Shown in pieces: positions 40,401 through 51,819 of a stretch of 64,000 nucleotides of DNA. The stretch is from Eledone cirrhosa (lineage: Eukaryota), in the NCBI GenBank assembly GCA_964016885.1, contig OZ024761.1:7688001-7752000 (forward strand), given 5' to 3'. How positions within the stretch are numbered: the first letter of the stretch is position 1; each line of letters begins with the position of its first letter. The notes under the pieces were generated by a model. It was given only the letters and a program-made list of their open reading frames with translations. It was not told the DNA's origin and did no database searches. A program made the position numbers and the translations under genes.

Positions 40401-41110
40401 CCCTTTAGCATTTACATCCTCCCACTCCCACCAACACCATCCTCTCCCTGTAAAGTTGGTACCACAACATCCAGTCCAAATAAATGAGATAATGAGATCG
40501 AGATCGTGTAGGTGTCACAACAAAAAAAGCACACAGTCCACGCTGTAATGTGGCCGCCTTGTAGGTAACACGGTAAAAAGTTCCCAGGTTCCACACTGTA
40601 AATGTGGTTAGTGTTAGGAAGGGCATCCAGCCGTAGAAAACCTGCCAGACAGTCCTATATGAGCGAGACACAGTCACCCGACCAACCTTGCCTCAAGTGG
40701 GACAACTCCCGTCTAACCCATGCTAGCGTGGAAGATGGACGTTAATCAAAGATGATGAGGATTACTCTGTGAATTGGCAGTATAGGTGGAGAGTCGGACG
40801 CCATGCTTTGAAGCATAGAGTTACGTCCCTTTATGATCTAAGTTCAAATCCCGCCTAGGTTAACTTTGCCTTTCATCCTTACGGGGTCGATAAAATAAAG
40901 TACCAGTAATGTACTGGGTGATTGCTGGCCTTGTGCCAAAACTAGAAACAATTACTCTATATATACTATTGTATATCTCACAAAATATCCAATCTATGAG
41001 ATTTTGGTGTTATTTATTTTGAGAACAATACCTTAACATTAGTATGAGCAGCTGGTTTGAACAGAAAGGGGTGAGAGAAGTTGGATATGGCTGGTTTAAT
41101 TGCTAAAGGG
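40401..41110. mobile_element. piggyBac-like MITE with nested RTE-UTR fragment and SINE
   Basis: ttaa|CCCTTTAGCATTTA...TTGCTAAAGGG|ctaa. Confidence 0.55.
40776..40955 (+). mobile_element. Second SINE family (central domain ctttgcctttcatccttacggggtcgataaaataaagtacc)
   Basis: B box gttcaaatcc; copies at 9890-10070(+), 47718-47895(-), 57625-57805(-), 13230-13380(-), 6960-7110(+). Confidence 0.8.
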
Positions 41111-41388
41111 CTAAGGGTCTTTACCCAATTTATAAGTTTTTTTTTTTTTTAATAAGAGCGTGGGTGGGGATCTGAAGAATTAATAAGTGAGGTGAATGAT
41201 TATTCAAGGCCTGAGGGTAGGAGTCACGACCTTGGTGGGTCTGGCTCCCTTAGAGTGAGAAGGGGAATTGTGATCGAAACACTTGAAGGGAGTTTTTCCT
41301 CTGAAGATCCTCCTGCGTTATCTCACCCCTGTTGCAACTTTCTGCCTACTTTAGTTGTGAGCAGCTGTAAAAAACTTCTTCTTCTCAC

Positions 41389-41470
41389 CTGTTTCTTGTT
41401 TGAGATGTTCCTCAATTGTTTCTTTGCTGTTGGAATTAACCTGATTTGGGGGCTCACTTGGAAATGATAA
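41389..41470 (-). CDS. KIF12: Kinesin exon: LSFPSEPPNQVNSNSKETIEEHLKQET
   Basis: tttcacag acceptor, G|gtgaga donor; 82 nt, phases bridge the flanking exons. Confidence 0.72.
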
Positions 41471-41774
41471 CTGTGAAATATCAACAAAAAAATGAAGACA
41501 CCCTGATGACATGGTCATAGTTTTTTTGGCAGATTATTTAGAGCACAAATAGACGCTCAACAACAAAAACAGACACTTCAAGGCTATCGTATCTGGGTAG
41601 TTGGTGTTAGAATTAATTTGATTTGTGGCCACACTTTATGTAGTAATACTGAAGACCCGACTTCCCACAGGTGCTGGCCGAAACTGAAGCATATATACAG
41701 TATGCACAACGCCACCCCACCCTTCCTCACATCTCCCATGAGGGCAGTACGAAATATATACATCTAGTGAAGCC

Positions 41775-42320
41775 CCCAGTCCACACTGTAAAGTGGTTGT
41801 GTTGGTGACATGATAAATAGCACCCAGTCCACACTGTAAAGTGGTTGTGTTGGTGACATGATAAATAGCACCCAGTCCACACTGTAAAGTGGTTGTGTTG
41901 GTGACATGATAAATAGCACCCAGTCCACACTGTAAAGTGGTTGTGTTGGTGACATGATAAATAACACGCAGTCCACACTGTAAAGTGGTTGTGTTGGTGA
42001 CATGATAAATAACACCCAGTCCACACTGTAAAGTGGTTGTGTTGGCGACATGATAAATAGCACCCAGTCCACACTGTAAAGTGGTTGTGTTGGCGACATG
42101 ATAAATAGCACCCAGTCCACACTGTAAAGTGGTTGTGTTGGTGACATGATAAATAGCACCCAGTCCACACTGTAAAGTGGTTGTGTTGGTGACATGATAA
42201 ATAGCACCCAGTCCACACTGTAAAGTGGTTGTGTTGGTGACACGATAAATAGCACCCAGTCCACTCTGTAAAGTGGTTGTGTTGGTGACATGATAAATAG
42301 CACCCAATCCACACTGTAAA
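41775..42320. repeat. 48-bp minisatellite in an RTE 3' UTR copy
   Basis: About 11 units. Confidence 0.9.
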
Positions 42321-42590
42321 TGAGTTTGATGTTAGGAAGGGCATCCAGCTGTAGAAACCAAGCCAAAACCAGTTCGGTATGAGCAAGACACAGTCACCTG
42401 ATCTAGCATTGCCCACAACAGGACAACCCATCTAACCCATGCTAGCATGGAAAAATTGACATAAAACGGTGATGATGATGACATACAGACAGTTATTGCA
42501 CAAACAGTGTATTTGAATACATATAAAAATGAGAAAACTCATATCTAGAACAGCTGTTAGAACAGCTAAATGTTGTCGAAGACAGTGATG

Positions 42591-43428
42591 GGTGAAAATA
42601 CCTTAGAGGACAGACTGTTTTAATGGCTGCTCTCGGTGAAAATACCTTAGAGGACAGACTGTTTTAATGGCTGCTTTCGGTGAAAATACCTTAGAGGACA
42701 GACTGTTTTAATGGCTGCTCTCAGTGAAAATACCTTAGAGGACAGACTGTTTTAATGGCTGCTTTCGGTGAAAATACCTTAGAGGACAGACTGTTTTAAT
42801 GGCTGCTTTCGGTGAAAATACCTTAGAGGACAGACTGTTTTAATGGCTGCTCTCAGTGAAAATACCTTAGATGACAGACTGTTTTAATGGCTGCTTTCAG
42901 TGAAAATACCTTAGAGGACAGACTGTTTTAATGGCTGTTCTTGGTGAAAATACCTTAGAGGACAGACTGTTTTAATGGCTGCTCTCGGTGAAAATACCTT
43001 AGAGGACAGACTGTTTTAATGGCTGTTCTTGGTGAAAATACCTTAGAGGACAGACTGTTTTAATGGCTTCTCTCGGTGAAAATACCTTAGAGGACAGACT
43101 GTTTTAATGGCTGCTCTCGGTGAAAATACCTTAGAGGACAGACTGTTTTAATGGCTGCTCTCGGTGAAAATACCTTAGAGGACAGACTGTTTTAATAGCT
43201 GCTCTCGGTGAAAATACCTTAGAGGACAGACTGTTTTAATGGCTGCTCTCGGTGAAAATACCTTAGAGGACAGACTGTTTTAATGGCTGCTCTCGGTGAA
43301 AATACCTTAGAGGACAGACTGTTTTAATGGCTGCTCTCGGTGAAAATACCTTAGAGGACAGACTGTTTTAATGGCTGCTCTCAGTGAAAATACCTTAGAG
43401 GACAGACTGTTTTAATGGCTGTTCTCGC
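42591..43428. repeat. 44-bp minisatellite (about 19 units)
   Basis: ggtgaaaataccttagaggacagactgttttaatggctgctctc. Confidence 0.93.
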
Positions 43429-43459
43429 GATGGGTTTTCTCATTTTTATATGTATTAAA

Positions 43460-43785
43460 ATAAACTCTCACTTCGTCTTGATCGGAAACAACATTGTTTT
43501 TTCATTTCACTTTATCATAGCTAAGATACGATGTCGTCTTCATGCTTTTTCTGTCACACATTCTCTCTCTAAACTATGTTGGTGCTCCCCCTCTCACTAT
43601 ATAGATGCGGGCGACCTCATCACTTTCTGTCTACCTCTTTCGGTCACCTCAAAACCACATGGATTTCCTTTTTCTCTCTCTATCTATGTATATATCTCTC
43701 GCTTGGTGTTCCCCCTCTTTATATAAAGTGAACACGGCAGACAGACAGACAGACAGACAGACTGTGCTCTTATTTATAATATAGA
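43460..43785 (-). mobile_element. Helitron-like 5' fragment
   Basis: Minus strand a|TCTATATTATAAA..(GTCT)n; 3' end not found. Confidence 0.45.
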
Positions 43786-43792
43786 TTATTAC

Positions 43793-43873
43793 CTTCTTTT
43801 TCAAGTATATGTTTTCATTTCTCAAAATTTCAAGTTCTTTTTTGAGGGATCCAATGTATTTTTCTCGGGGATC
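43793..43873 (-). CDS. KIF12: Kinesin exon, neck coiled coil: DPREKYIGSLKKELEILRNENIYLKKK
   Basis: DPRE...SL..E...LR.EN.YL neck pattern; tag/gt; 81 nt. Confidence 0.88.
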
Positions 43874-43881
43874 CTAGAAAA

Positions 43882-44340
43882 TTAACGAGAAGTGGCTTAA
43901 CGAGAAGTGGCTTAACAGGAAGTGGTTTCACGAGAAGTGGTTTAACGAGAAGTGGCTTAACAGGAAGTGGTTTAACGAGAAGTGGCTTAACGAGAAGTGG
44001 CTTAAACAGGAAGTGGTTTAACGAGAAGTGGCTTAATGGGAAGTGGTTTAACGAGAAGTGGCTTAACAGAAAGTGGTTTAACGAGAAGTGGTTTAACGAG
44101 AAGTGGTTTAACGAGAAGTGGTTTAACGAGAAGTGGCTTAACGAGAAGTGGCTTAATGGGAAGTGGCTTAACGAGAAGTGGCTTAACGAGAAGTGGTTTA
44201 ACGAGAAGTGGCTTAACGAGAAGTGGCTTAACGAGAAGTGGCTTAACGAGAAGTGGCTTAACGAGAAGTGGCTTAACGAGAAGTGGCTTAACAGGAAGTG
44301 GTTTAACAGGAAGTGGCTTAACAGGAAGTGGCTTACTGAG
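43882..44340. repeat. 15-bp minisatellite (ttaacgagaagtgg[c/t])
   Basis: About 30 units abutting the exon acceptor at 43874. Confidence 0.93.
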
Positions 44341-44543
44341 AAACGAATTAAAGTCTTTTTAGTTGAGAAAATAAGGGTAACAATAAAAACTGGCATTTAA
44401 TACATACAGAGATACACACACACACACACATATATATACACACACACACATATATATATATACACACAGATATATATATATATATACACACACATGTACA
44501 CACACACACACACACATATATACACACACATACACACACATAT

Positions 44544-44582
<39 letters not shown>

Positions 44583-44591
44583 TATATATAT

Positions 44592-44624
<33 letters not shown>

Positions 44625-44739
44625 CATACATACAAGCATATATATCCATACACACATACATATATACACCCCCCCTACATATAACCCAAACAAGTATAGA
44701 AAAGTGGACACAAAAGAGACACAAAATTGTGTTACTTAC

Positions 44740-44844
44740 AAATGTAACCTCTGGTTTTGTTAGGATACACTTGGCTTTTGTGCTATAACGTAGGGTGTTG
44801 ATGGTTTCAGTGACGTTGTATGATGAAGGGGTGATACAAGCTAT
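44740..44844 (-). CDS. KIF12: Kinesin exon, motor end: IACITPSSYNVTETINTLRYSTKAKCILTKPEVTF
   Basis: IACI.P...ET.NTLRY motif; cag/gtaagt; 105 nt. Confidence 0.92.
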
Positions 44845-44949
44845 CTGGGGTACAAAATTACAAATAATTTCAACTATAAATGAAAATATTGTTTAACCAA
44901 CCCACCCACCCAAAACTGGTTCTGGTTCTATGAAAAAACCGTCAGCCAT

Positions 44950-45800
44950 TTTAAATGGCTCCTATTGAATCCTTTTGATAACATGCTCCCCAACAAAGTT
45001 CTATGGCTCTGATACTGTAGATTTGGATGGAGGATGGTAACTCCATTATGAGGGAGGATTTGTCTCTTGAAGTTTAGGTGGTGCATGTTTATGCATCAAA
45101 CAAGGAGTCCGAATACAGGTCCTTCCTTGATGAAATCACTGCAGCGTTAGATGTAGTTAAGACTGAGTCCTTTGTTGGGGAGCATGTTATGAAAAGGATT
45201 CAATAGGAACCCTTTAAAATGGCTCCTATTGAATCCTTTTGATAACATGCTCCCCAACAAAGTTCTATGGCTCTGATACTGTAGATTTGGATGGAGGATG
45301 GTAACTCCATTATGAGGGAGGATTTGTCTCTTGAAGTTTAGGTGGTGCATGTTTATGCATCAAACAAGGAGTCCGAATACAGGTCCTTCCTTGATGAAAT
45401 CACTGCAGCGTTAGATGTAGTTAAGACTGAGTCATATATCCTTCAGTGCACATGTTGGCACTGACGACTTGGCCTGGAGAGGAGTTATTGGAAGGAATAG
45501 TGACCCAATCTAAATACAAATGGAGAGGCCTTGCTGGACTTTTGTTCTAGCAATGGACTCTCTATTATGAACACCTTCTTCCAGCACAGAGACATCCATA
45601 AATATACATGGTATAAGGGCAATGAGGGATAGAGATCAATAATTGAATTTGTAATTGTCTCTGATCTCTTTGATTATGTGCTGGATGTTCGTGTTAAGAG
45701 AGGGGCTGATCACCATCTAGTTATCTGCAACTTGAGACTATCTAAAACCAAAGAAGCCTACAATACTGGCAGCTCCAGAGCTACCTACAGGATAAAGTAG
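44950..45800 (+). mobile_element. RTE AP-endonuclease fragments with local rearrangement
   Basis: HVGTDD..WRGVIG..LLDFC..NGLSIMNTFFQH..HKYTW..SIIEFV; duplicated 219-bp block. Confidence 0.65.
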
Positions 45801-45844
45801 AAAGCAAAGAAGAAGATTAATGAGGAAAACATTATTAAATTTAC

Positions 45845-45963
45845 CATTAGAATCACTCCTGTCCCTCTTAAACTCTCTGAAAGTAGTTTGGTAAGCTTGC
45901 TATCCCGATATGGTATATGTCCATACTTCTTCTTTGGATCACTAAGACTGGAAATACATTTCC
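45845..45963 (-). CDS. KIF12: Kinesin exon: [39 protein letters not shown]
   Basis: [10 protein letters not shown] microtubule-binding motif; tag/gt boundaries; 119 nt. Confidence 0.93.
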
Positions 45964-46875
45964 CTAGAACTCACATAATGGACATTACATTAAAGATATA
46001 TATATATTAAGAATATAGTAATAATAAATACAAAGACCAAAATCCAAAGAGGACTCAGTAAGGATCCATCATCATCATCATCACTTTACGTCCGCTTTTC
46101 CCTGCTTGCAAGGGTGGGACGGGAACTGATTCTGGCTTGATTTCTACAGTTGGATGCCCTTCCTAACACCAACCTCATTTACAGTGAGTGCTGGGTGCTT
46201 TTTCTCCTTGGCGCCTACACGTCCACTTTACAGTGTGGGCTGGGTGCTTTTTTTCCTTGGCGCCTACACGTCCACTTTACAGTGGCGCCTACACGTCCAC
46301 TTTATAGTGAGTGCTGGGTGCTTTTTTGCCGTGGCGCCTCCACGACCACTTTGCAGTGGAATGATAGTGGATTGTATATATATTTATATATATATACATA
46401 TACTACCAAAATTAGATTAAAGATGCCATGTCTGAGAAAATCAGAAGCATGATTCACCGATTAATGGTGAAATATATTTCTTCAATGGAATATATACAAA
46501 GGAGATTAATTATTATTGCAAGATTCTTCTTAATTTTTAATATATTACCTTCGTAATTATGTGTGGTTACACGCTTTACAAATTTTCCCCTGTATTTGTT
46601 TGATGTGTTTATTTTATATATATATATGTCAATCAACTTTTAATTTAATGTTATATGTGTATATACAGTTGTCCCCCGGTATTCAAAATATAATGTAAAA
46701 AGATGGAACGTCTTATGCGAAGGGGCGTCCAATAGGTCGGTAAATATGGATTATCGTTATTAATAATTTAGCATTAAAAAAATATATATATTGCCACGAA
46801 AAAAAGCCATCAAAAATTGCCATAAAAACCATAAAAATGGTGATGAAATGATCAAACCAGTAAAAAGATACTTGC

Positions 46876-46959
46876 CTAAGACCAGCAGGCTTTTATTAAT
46901 ACTACTTGATTCAACTAAGACATCTTCGGAGAAACAGGAATCTCGAACTTTCTCACTTC
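46876..46959 (-). CDS. KIF12: Kinesin exon: SEKVRDSCFSEDVLVESSSINKSLLVLG
   Basis: Completes DLAGSE; INKSLLVLG motif; donor TAG|GCAAGT (GC); 84 nt. Confidence 0.92.
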
Positions 46960-47094
46960 CTGGAAATCTCAAAACAAATCTTCGTATTAGTATTTGTTAC
47001 ACAACAACTCAACAAATTTTTCATTTCCTCCTCCACCTCTACAACTATAGCCCCCCCCCCCACCATCAACTAAGTAATTAATTAGAAATATGGT

Positions 47095-47473
47095 CTTCTT
47101 CTTCGCCCACTTCTTCCTGAGAGGGTCATGGGGGGGGGGGGGGGAGAGTCCTCAAACACTCATTCCAGCGGGTTCTGTCAGAAGCAACTGTTTCCAACTG
47201 ATCCAGCTGGATCCCCAAGCAAGACCAGCCAAGCTCATGGATGTTATCCCAACATCCTGCACGGGGTCTACCCCTGGGTCTCCTACCAGTTGGTTTTGCC
47301 TGTAAAATATGTCCAGCGATTCTTTCCTGAGACATTCTAATCACATGCCCATAATATCGGAGCTGTGATCTCTCAATTCGGAGAAGTAGCCACTCTACCT
47401 GGAGTGACTCTCTCATCTCCAAACTCCATCAAGTAATATTACTCCAAAGAGAGTCCAGAATTGGAGAGATATG
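47095..47473 (-). mobile_element. 5'-truncated RTE with target-site duplication
   Basis: IERSQLRYYGHVIRM..GRRPRGRPR; (GAA)n tail; 21-bp TSD gtaattaattagaaatatggt at 47074 and 47474. Confidence 0.85.
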
Positions 47474-47524
47474 GTAATTAATTAGAAATATGGTAATTAA
47501 AAAAAATCAAGATGTTAGAATTAC

Positions 47525-47683
47525 CTGCAAGATCTGTAAAGATTAATTTTCCTCTGTGTGTCAACCAAAGACTGGAATCCTTCGGATCCCGAACCTTTGA
47601 TGTGACACTGATTGTAAAAATGGAATGGCTACGACTCGACAACTCATTCGCTTTGTGGCTTCCAACATGGCGGTTCCGAGATC
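47525..47683 (-). CDS. KIF12: Kinesin exon with switch I and start of switch II: SRNRHVGSHKANELSSRSHSIF...GKLIFTDLAG
   Basis: SSRSH and DLAG motifs; poly-T acceptor; 159 nt, phase 1 to 1. Confidence 0.93.
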
Positions 47684-48159
47684 CTTTAAAGAAAAAAAAA
47701 AAAAAAAAAAAAAAAATTGTTTCTACGTTAGGCACAAGGCCAGCAATTACCCAGTGTATTACTGGTATTTTATTTTATCGACCTCGTAAGGATGAAAGGC
47801 AAAGTTAACCTCGGCGGGATTTTAACTCAGACCATCAAGGGCCGTAACTCTATGCTGCAAAGCATGGCGTCTGACGCTCCACCTATACTGCCAATCCACC
47901 CATGACAACTATAATGACGGCAAAAATAAAAAAAAAGGGAAACAAAAGGAAAGAAAGAATAGGGAAATATAGAGAAAAAAGAGAGAAAGAAAGAAGAAAA
48001 AGAACGGGAAGGAGAGGGATGGCAAGAGCTCTGGTGTCGCAGATGAGAGGGGAGGGTGTTTGGGCCTAGGGCAAGAAGGCAGAAGTGCTGCACCCTGCGG
48101 ACAAGATGGCAAAATCATTCCCGCAGTGACAGCTGCTGCAACAGCTACCCAACCATGCT

Positions 48160-48537
48160 GGGCTCCCACCTCATACAGGGCCACTGACGCTGTGGGGGAG
48201 CTCAGCAGTATGGGGTCCAAGAGGGCTCCCTCCTCATACAGGGTCACTGACGCTGTGGAGGAGCTCGGCAGTATGGGGTCCAAGTGGGCTCCCTCCTCAT
48301 ACAGGGCCACTGACGCTGTGGAGGAGCTCGGCAGTATGGGGTCCAAGAGGGCTCCCTCCTCATACAGGGCCACTGACGCTGTGGGGGAGCTCAGCAGTAT
48401 GGGGTCCAAGAGGGCTCCCTCCTCAGACAGGGTCACTGACGCTGTGGAGGAGCTCGGCAGTATGGGGTCCAAGAGGGCTCCCTCCTCATACAGGGCCACT
48501 GACGCTGTGGAGGAGCTCGGCAGTATGGGGTCCAAGT
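48160..48537. repeat. 63-bp GC-rich minisatellite (6 units)
   Basis: Period 63; further small arrays at 48590-48990. Confidence 0.9.
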
Positions 48538-49153
48538 ACACCTAAGGTTTTAATTTAGCAGAAAATAACAAATTTTGTAGGCAGGAGGCCTTGGTATATA
48601 ACTGGTATTACATGATGATATCACCCTTGGTATATAACTGGTATTACCTGATGATATCACCCTTGGTATATAGCTGGTATTACATGATTGTATCTTCCTT
48701 GGTATATAACTGGTACCCCAGACCAGATCAACAATGGACACCCCACCACCCCTTCAGTACTCCAGACCAGATCAACAATGGACACCCCGCCCCACCGCAC
48801 CCCTTCAGTGCTCCAGAGCAGATCAACAATGGACCCCCCCCCCCCACCACCCTGCACCCCTTCAGTACTCCAGACCAGATAAACAATGGACACCCCACCA
48901 CCACCCCTTCAGTACCCCAGATCAGATCAACAATGGACACCCCACCCCACACCACAGGTACCCCAGACCAAATCAACAATGGGTACCCCTACCCAATTTC
49001 AAATTCTATTCTGATAGTTTCTTCCCTCTCACATCTCACCTACGGAATCTCTTCTATTTTCTTGCTTTTCTCACCACTAACTACAGTTTTCAAAGGTTCA
49101 AAAGCAACATAAATTGTCATCTTTCTCTCTCCTTAACCCTTTAGGATTTACAT

Positions 49154-49213
<60 letters not shown>

Positions 49214-49709
49214 TCATCATCATCATCATCATTTTACGTCCACTTTTCCCTGCTTGCAAGGGTGGGATGGGAACTGATTGTGGCTTGATTTCTACAGCTG
49301 GATGCCCTTCCTAACACCAACCTCATTTACAGTGAGTGTTGGGTGCTTTTTTGCCATAGCACCTCCACAACCACTTTGCAGTGGAATGATAGGGAACCCA
49401 GTCCCTATCATCTCATTTCTACAGCTGAGTAAACTGGAGCAATGTGAAATAAAGTGTCTTGCTCAAGGAAACAACACATCACCCGGTCTGAGAATTGAAC
49501 TCACAACCTTTCGATTGCAAAGCCAATGCTCTAACCACTAAGCCATGTATATATATATATATATATATTGTTATACTTGGGGAGGGTCAGTAGACAATTG
49601 CTGAGGACCCCCCACCCCTTCTTGCTTTCTTCTTATTCCCACTTCATTTTAAGTTACCTTAAATAGCAACTACACAGCCATTTCTATTCTCTATGTTTAT
49701 ATATATATA

Positions 49710-50631
49710 CAGGGTGCGGACGATATTTGTTCGCAAGATTACTGTCTAGGAAAAAATAACACAGTAGTTTTATTTTTTAAGATATATTTATCAAACTTGG
49801 GTCAGTTTGTCTTCATGACTTGTTCTTTCGATCTCACTCGATAAACCTGCCATTGGCTTTGATGACGGCCTCAAGGCGGCCTTGGAACCGGCTACAGGCC
49901 TTCGTCACTGTCCCCCGACTTAGGCCCCTAAAGGCACTTGTGATCCTGGCCTTCAGATCGTCTTTTGTATTGCAGCTAGATCTGTTGAAGTCTCGTTCCA
50001 CTGCGCCCCACACAAAGAAGTCGAGGGGGTTGCAGTCAGGCGAGCTGGGAGGCCAGATGTCAGGTGAAGTGTGGTCGATGAAGTTCTCTGACAGCCAGGC
50101 TTGGGTCTTTCGGCTGGTTTGGCAGGGCGCTGAGTCTTGCTGCCACACGTACGGCTTACCTGCAGCTACCTGGTAGATTCAAGGCTTTACTACCTTGCTC
50201 AGAATGCGGATGTAGTCATCGGTGTTCAGCTTGAGGCCCTCAGGGAAGAAGTGAGGTGGCATGACGTCACCTTGACTGCTGATGACACCTAAGACCAATG
50301 TTGTCGCTGGAAACTTTGTCTGCATGACTCTGGGCACGTCTTTGGATGAGACAGCGAGCCACCTGTCGTTCTGGGAGTTGATCTTCTGGTCTTGGCAGAA
50401 GTTTTTCTCGGAGAAAAACCACAGCATGTCTGGCTCCAGCGGATTCCAAGAAGAACTCTGTGTCTCTCCCACAAATTTGGAGGTTCAAAATTATTCATAA
50501 TCAATTATTCTGAAAATAAATAATGGAAATATAGTCACTGTTTTTATGAAGACAAGAGTGACAATGGAAGTAAAAAAAATTTGCAGAAAATTAGCAGTTG
50601 AAAATTGCGAACAAATATCGTCCACACCCTG
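49710..50631 (-). mobile_element. Tc1/mariner (maT, DD37D) internally deleted transposon, same family
   Basis: Same TIRs; QQD-(37 aa)-D spacing counted in QQDSAPC...SPDCNPLD. Confidence 0.9.
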
Positions 50632-50717
50632 TATATATATATATATGTATGTATATATGTGTATATATAATAAAATAACAGGAGGCTGGTCTTGTGTAAA
50701 TCCTTGAAAGGTTTATT

Positions 50718-50775
50718 ATACTATGATCATTTCAATGACTGGGTTCTGTATGAATCTGGTGATATCATCAGGTAT
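50718..50775 (-). ncRNA. Hammerhead motif (left arm of palindrome)
   Basis: Reverse-complement counterpart of 50889-50946; imperfect stem II. Confidence 0.5.
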
Positions 50776-50888
50776 TCGAAATATAATAAAAGAATGTAAC
50801 AGATAAAATCAATGGGGCTGAAAATCCTCGGGTCTATGATTTTCAGCTCCATTGATTTTATCTGTTACATTCTTTTATTATATTTCGA

Positions 50889-50946
50889 ATACCTGATGAT
50901 ATCACCGGATTCATATGGAACCCAGTCATTGAAATGATCATAGTAT
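50889..50946 (+). ncRNA. Hammerhead motif (right arm of palindrome)
   Basis: atac CTGATGA ... GAAA T-GATC-A TA gtat; palindromic loop III; stem II imperfect. Confidence 0.58.
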
Positions 50947-51819
50947 AATAAACGTTTCAAGGATTTACACAAGTCCAGCCTCCTGTTATTTTATTATAAT
51001 AATTAACTCCGTACTCGCACCACCAACTACACAAACGAAGACAGGTGAGCTGCTTTACGTTGAGTACTCTCCATAATATTACATCAAGATTGACCATACG
51101 GAATAACCAACTCTATCCAGTGGTGAACCTTCAAACCTAAATATATATATATATATATATAATGTATCCCTGACATTCGTAGTCCGGGTTATTTGCACAA
51201 TTTTCATCAGAACCCAACTAATAATTGTTCGTGGAAACCACGGAATCGTAAATATCTTCCACGGAATCGTAAATATCTTCCACGATTTTTTTAATGGCTT
51301 TTTTTCGTGGCAATATATATTATTCACGTTTTTTAACATTAGATTATTAATAACAATATACTGTATTTGCTGGCCAATATTTTACATTGTTTTGACATTT
51401 ATAGACATTTTGATGGATCACGTCCAATATTTGTGGTTATTCACTCGTCACAGGTGTTCTAGGAACATAACCCCCATGAATACTGGGGACTACTGTACTA
51501 CTATATTTTCACAGTAAAGGCTTTATCTTGTATAATTATCTCACATAGTATGTCACGTAGCATTTACATTATTCTGTATTTACTATTATATTTTCACAGT
51601 AAAGGCTTTATCTTACACAATTATCTTGCATAATATTGAATCTATGAGATTTTAATATTATTCATTTTGAGACAATACCTTAACATCAGTATGAGGAGCC
51701 AGTTACAGCCAGTTTGAACAGAAAGAGGTGAGAGAATTCTGGTCAAATACGGCCAGTTTAAATGCTAAAGGGTTAAGTTATGTTCTCTCTGTCTTGTCCT
51801 TCTCCCTTCAATGATGTTA

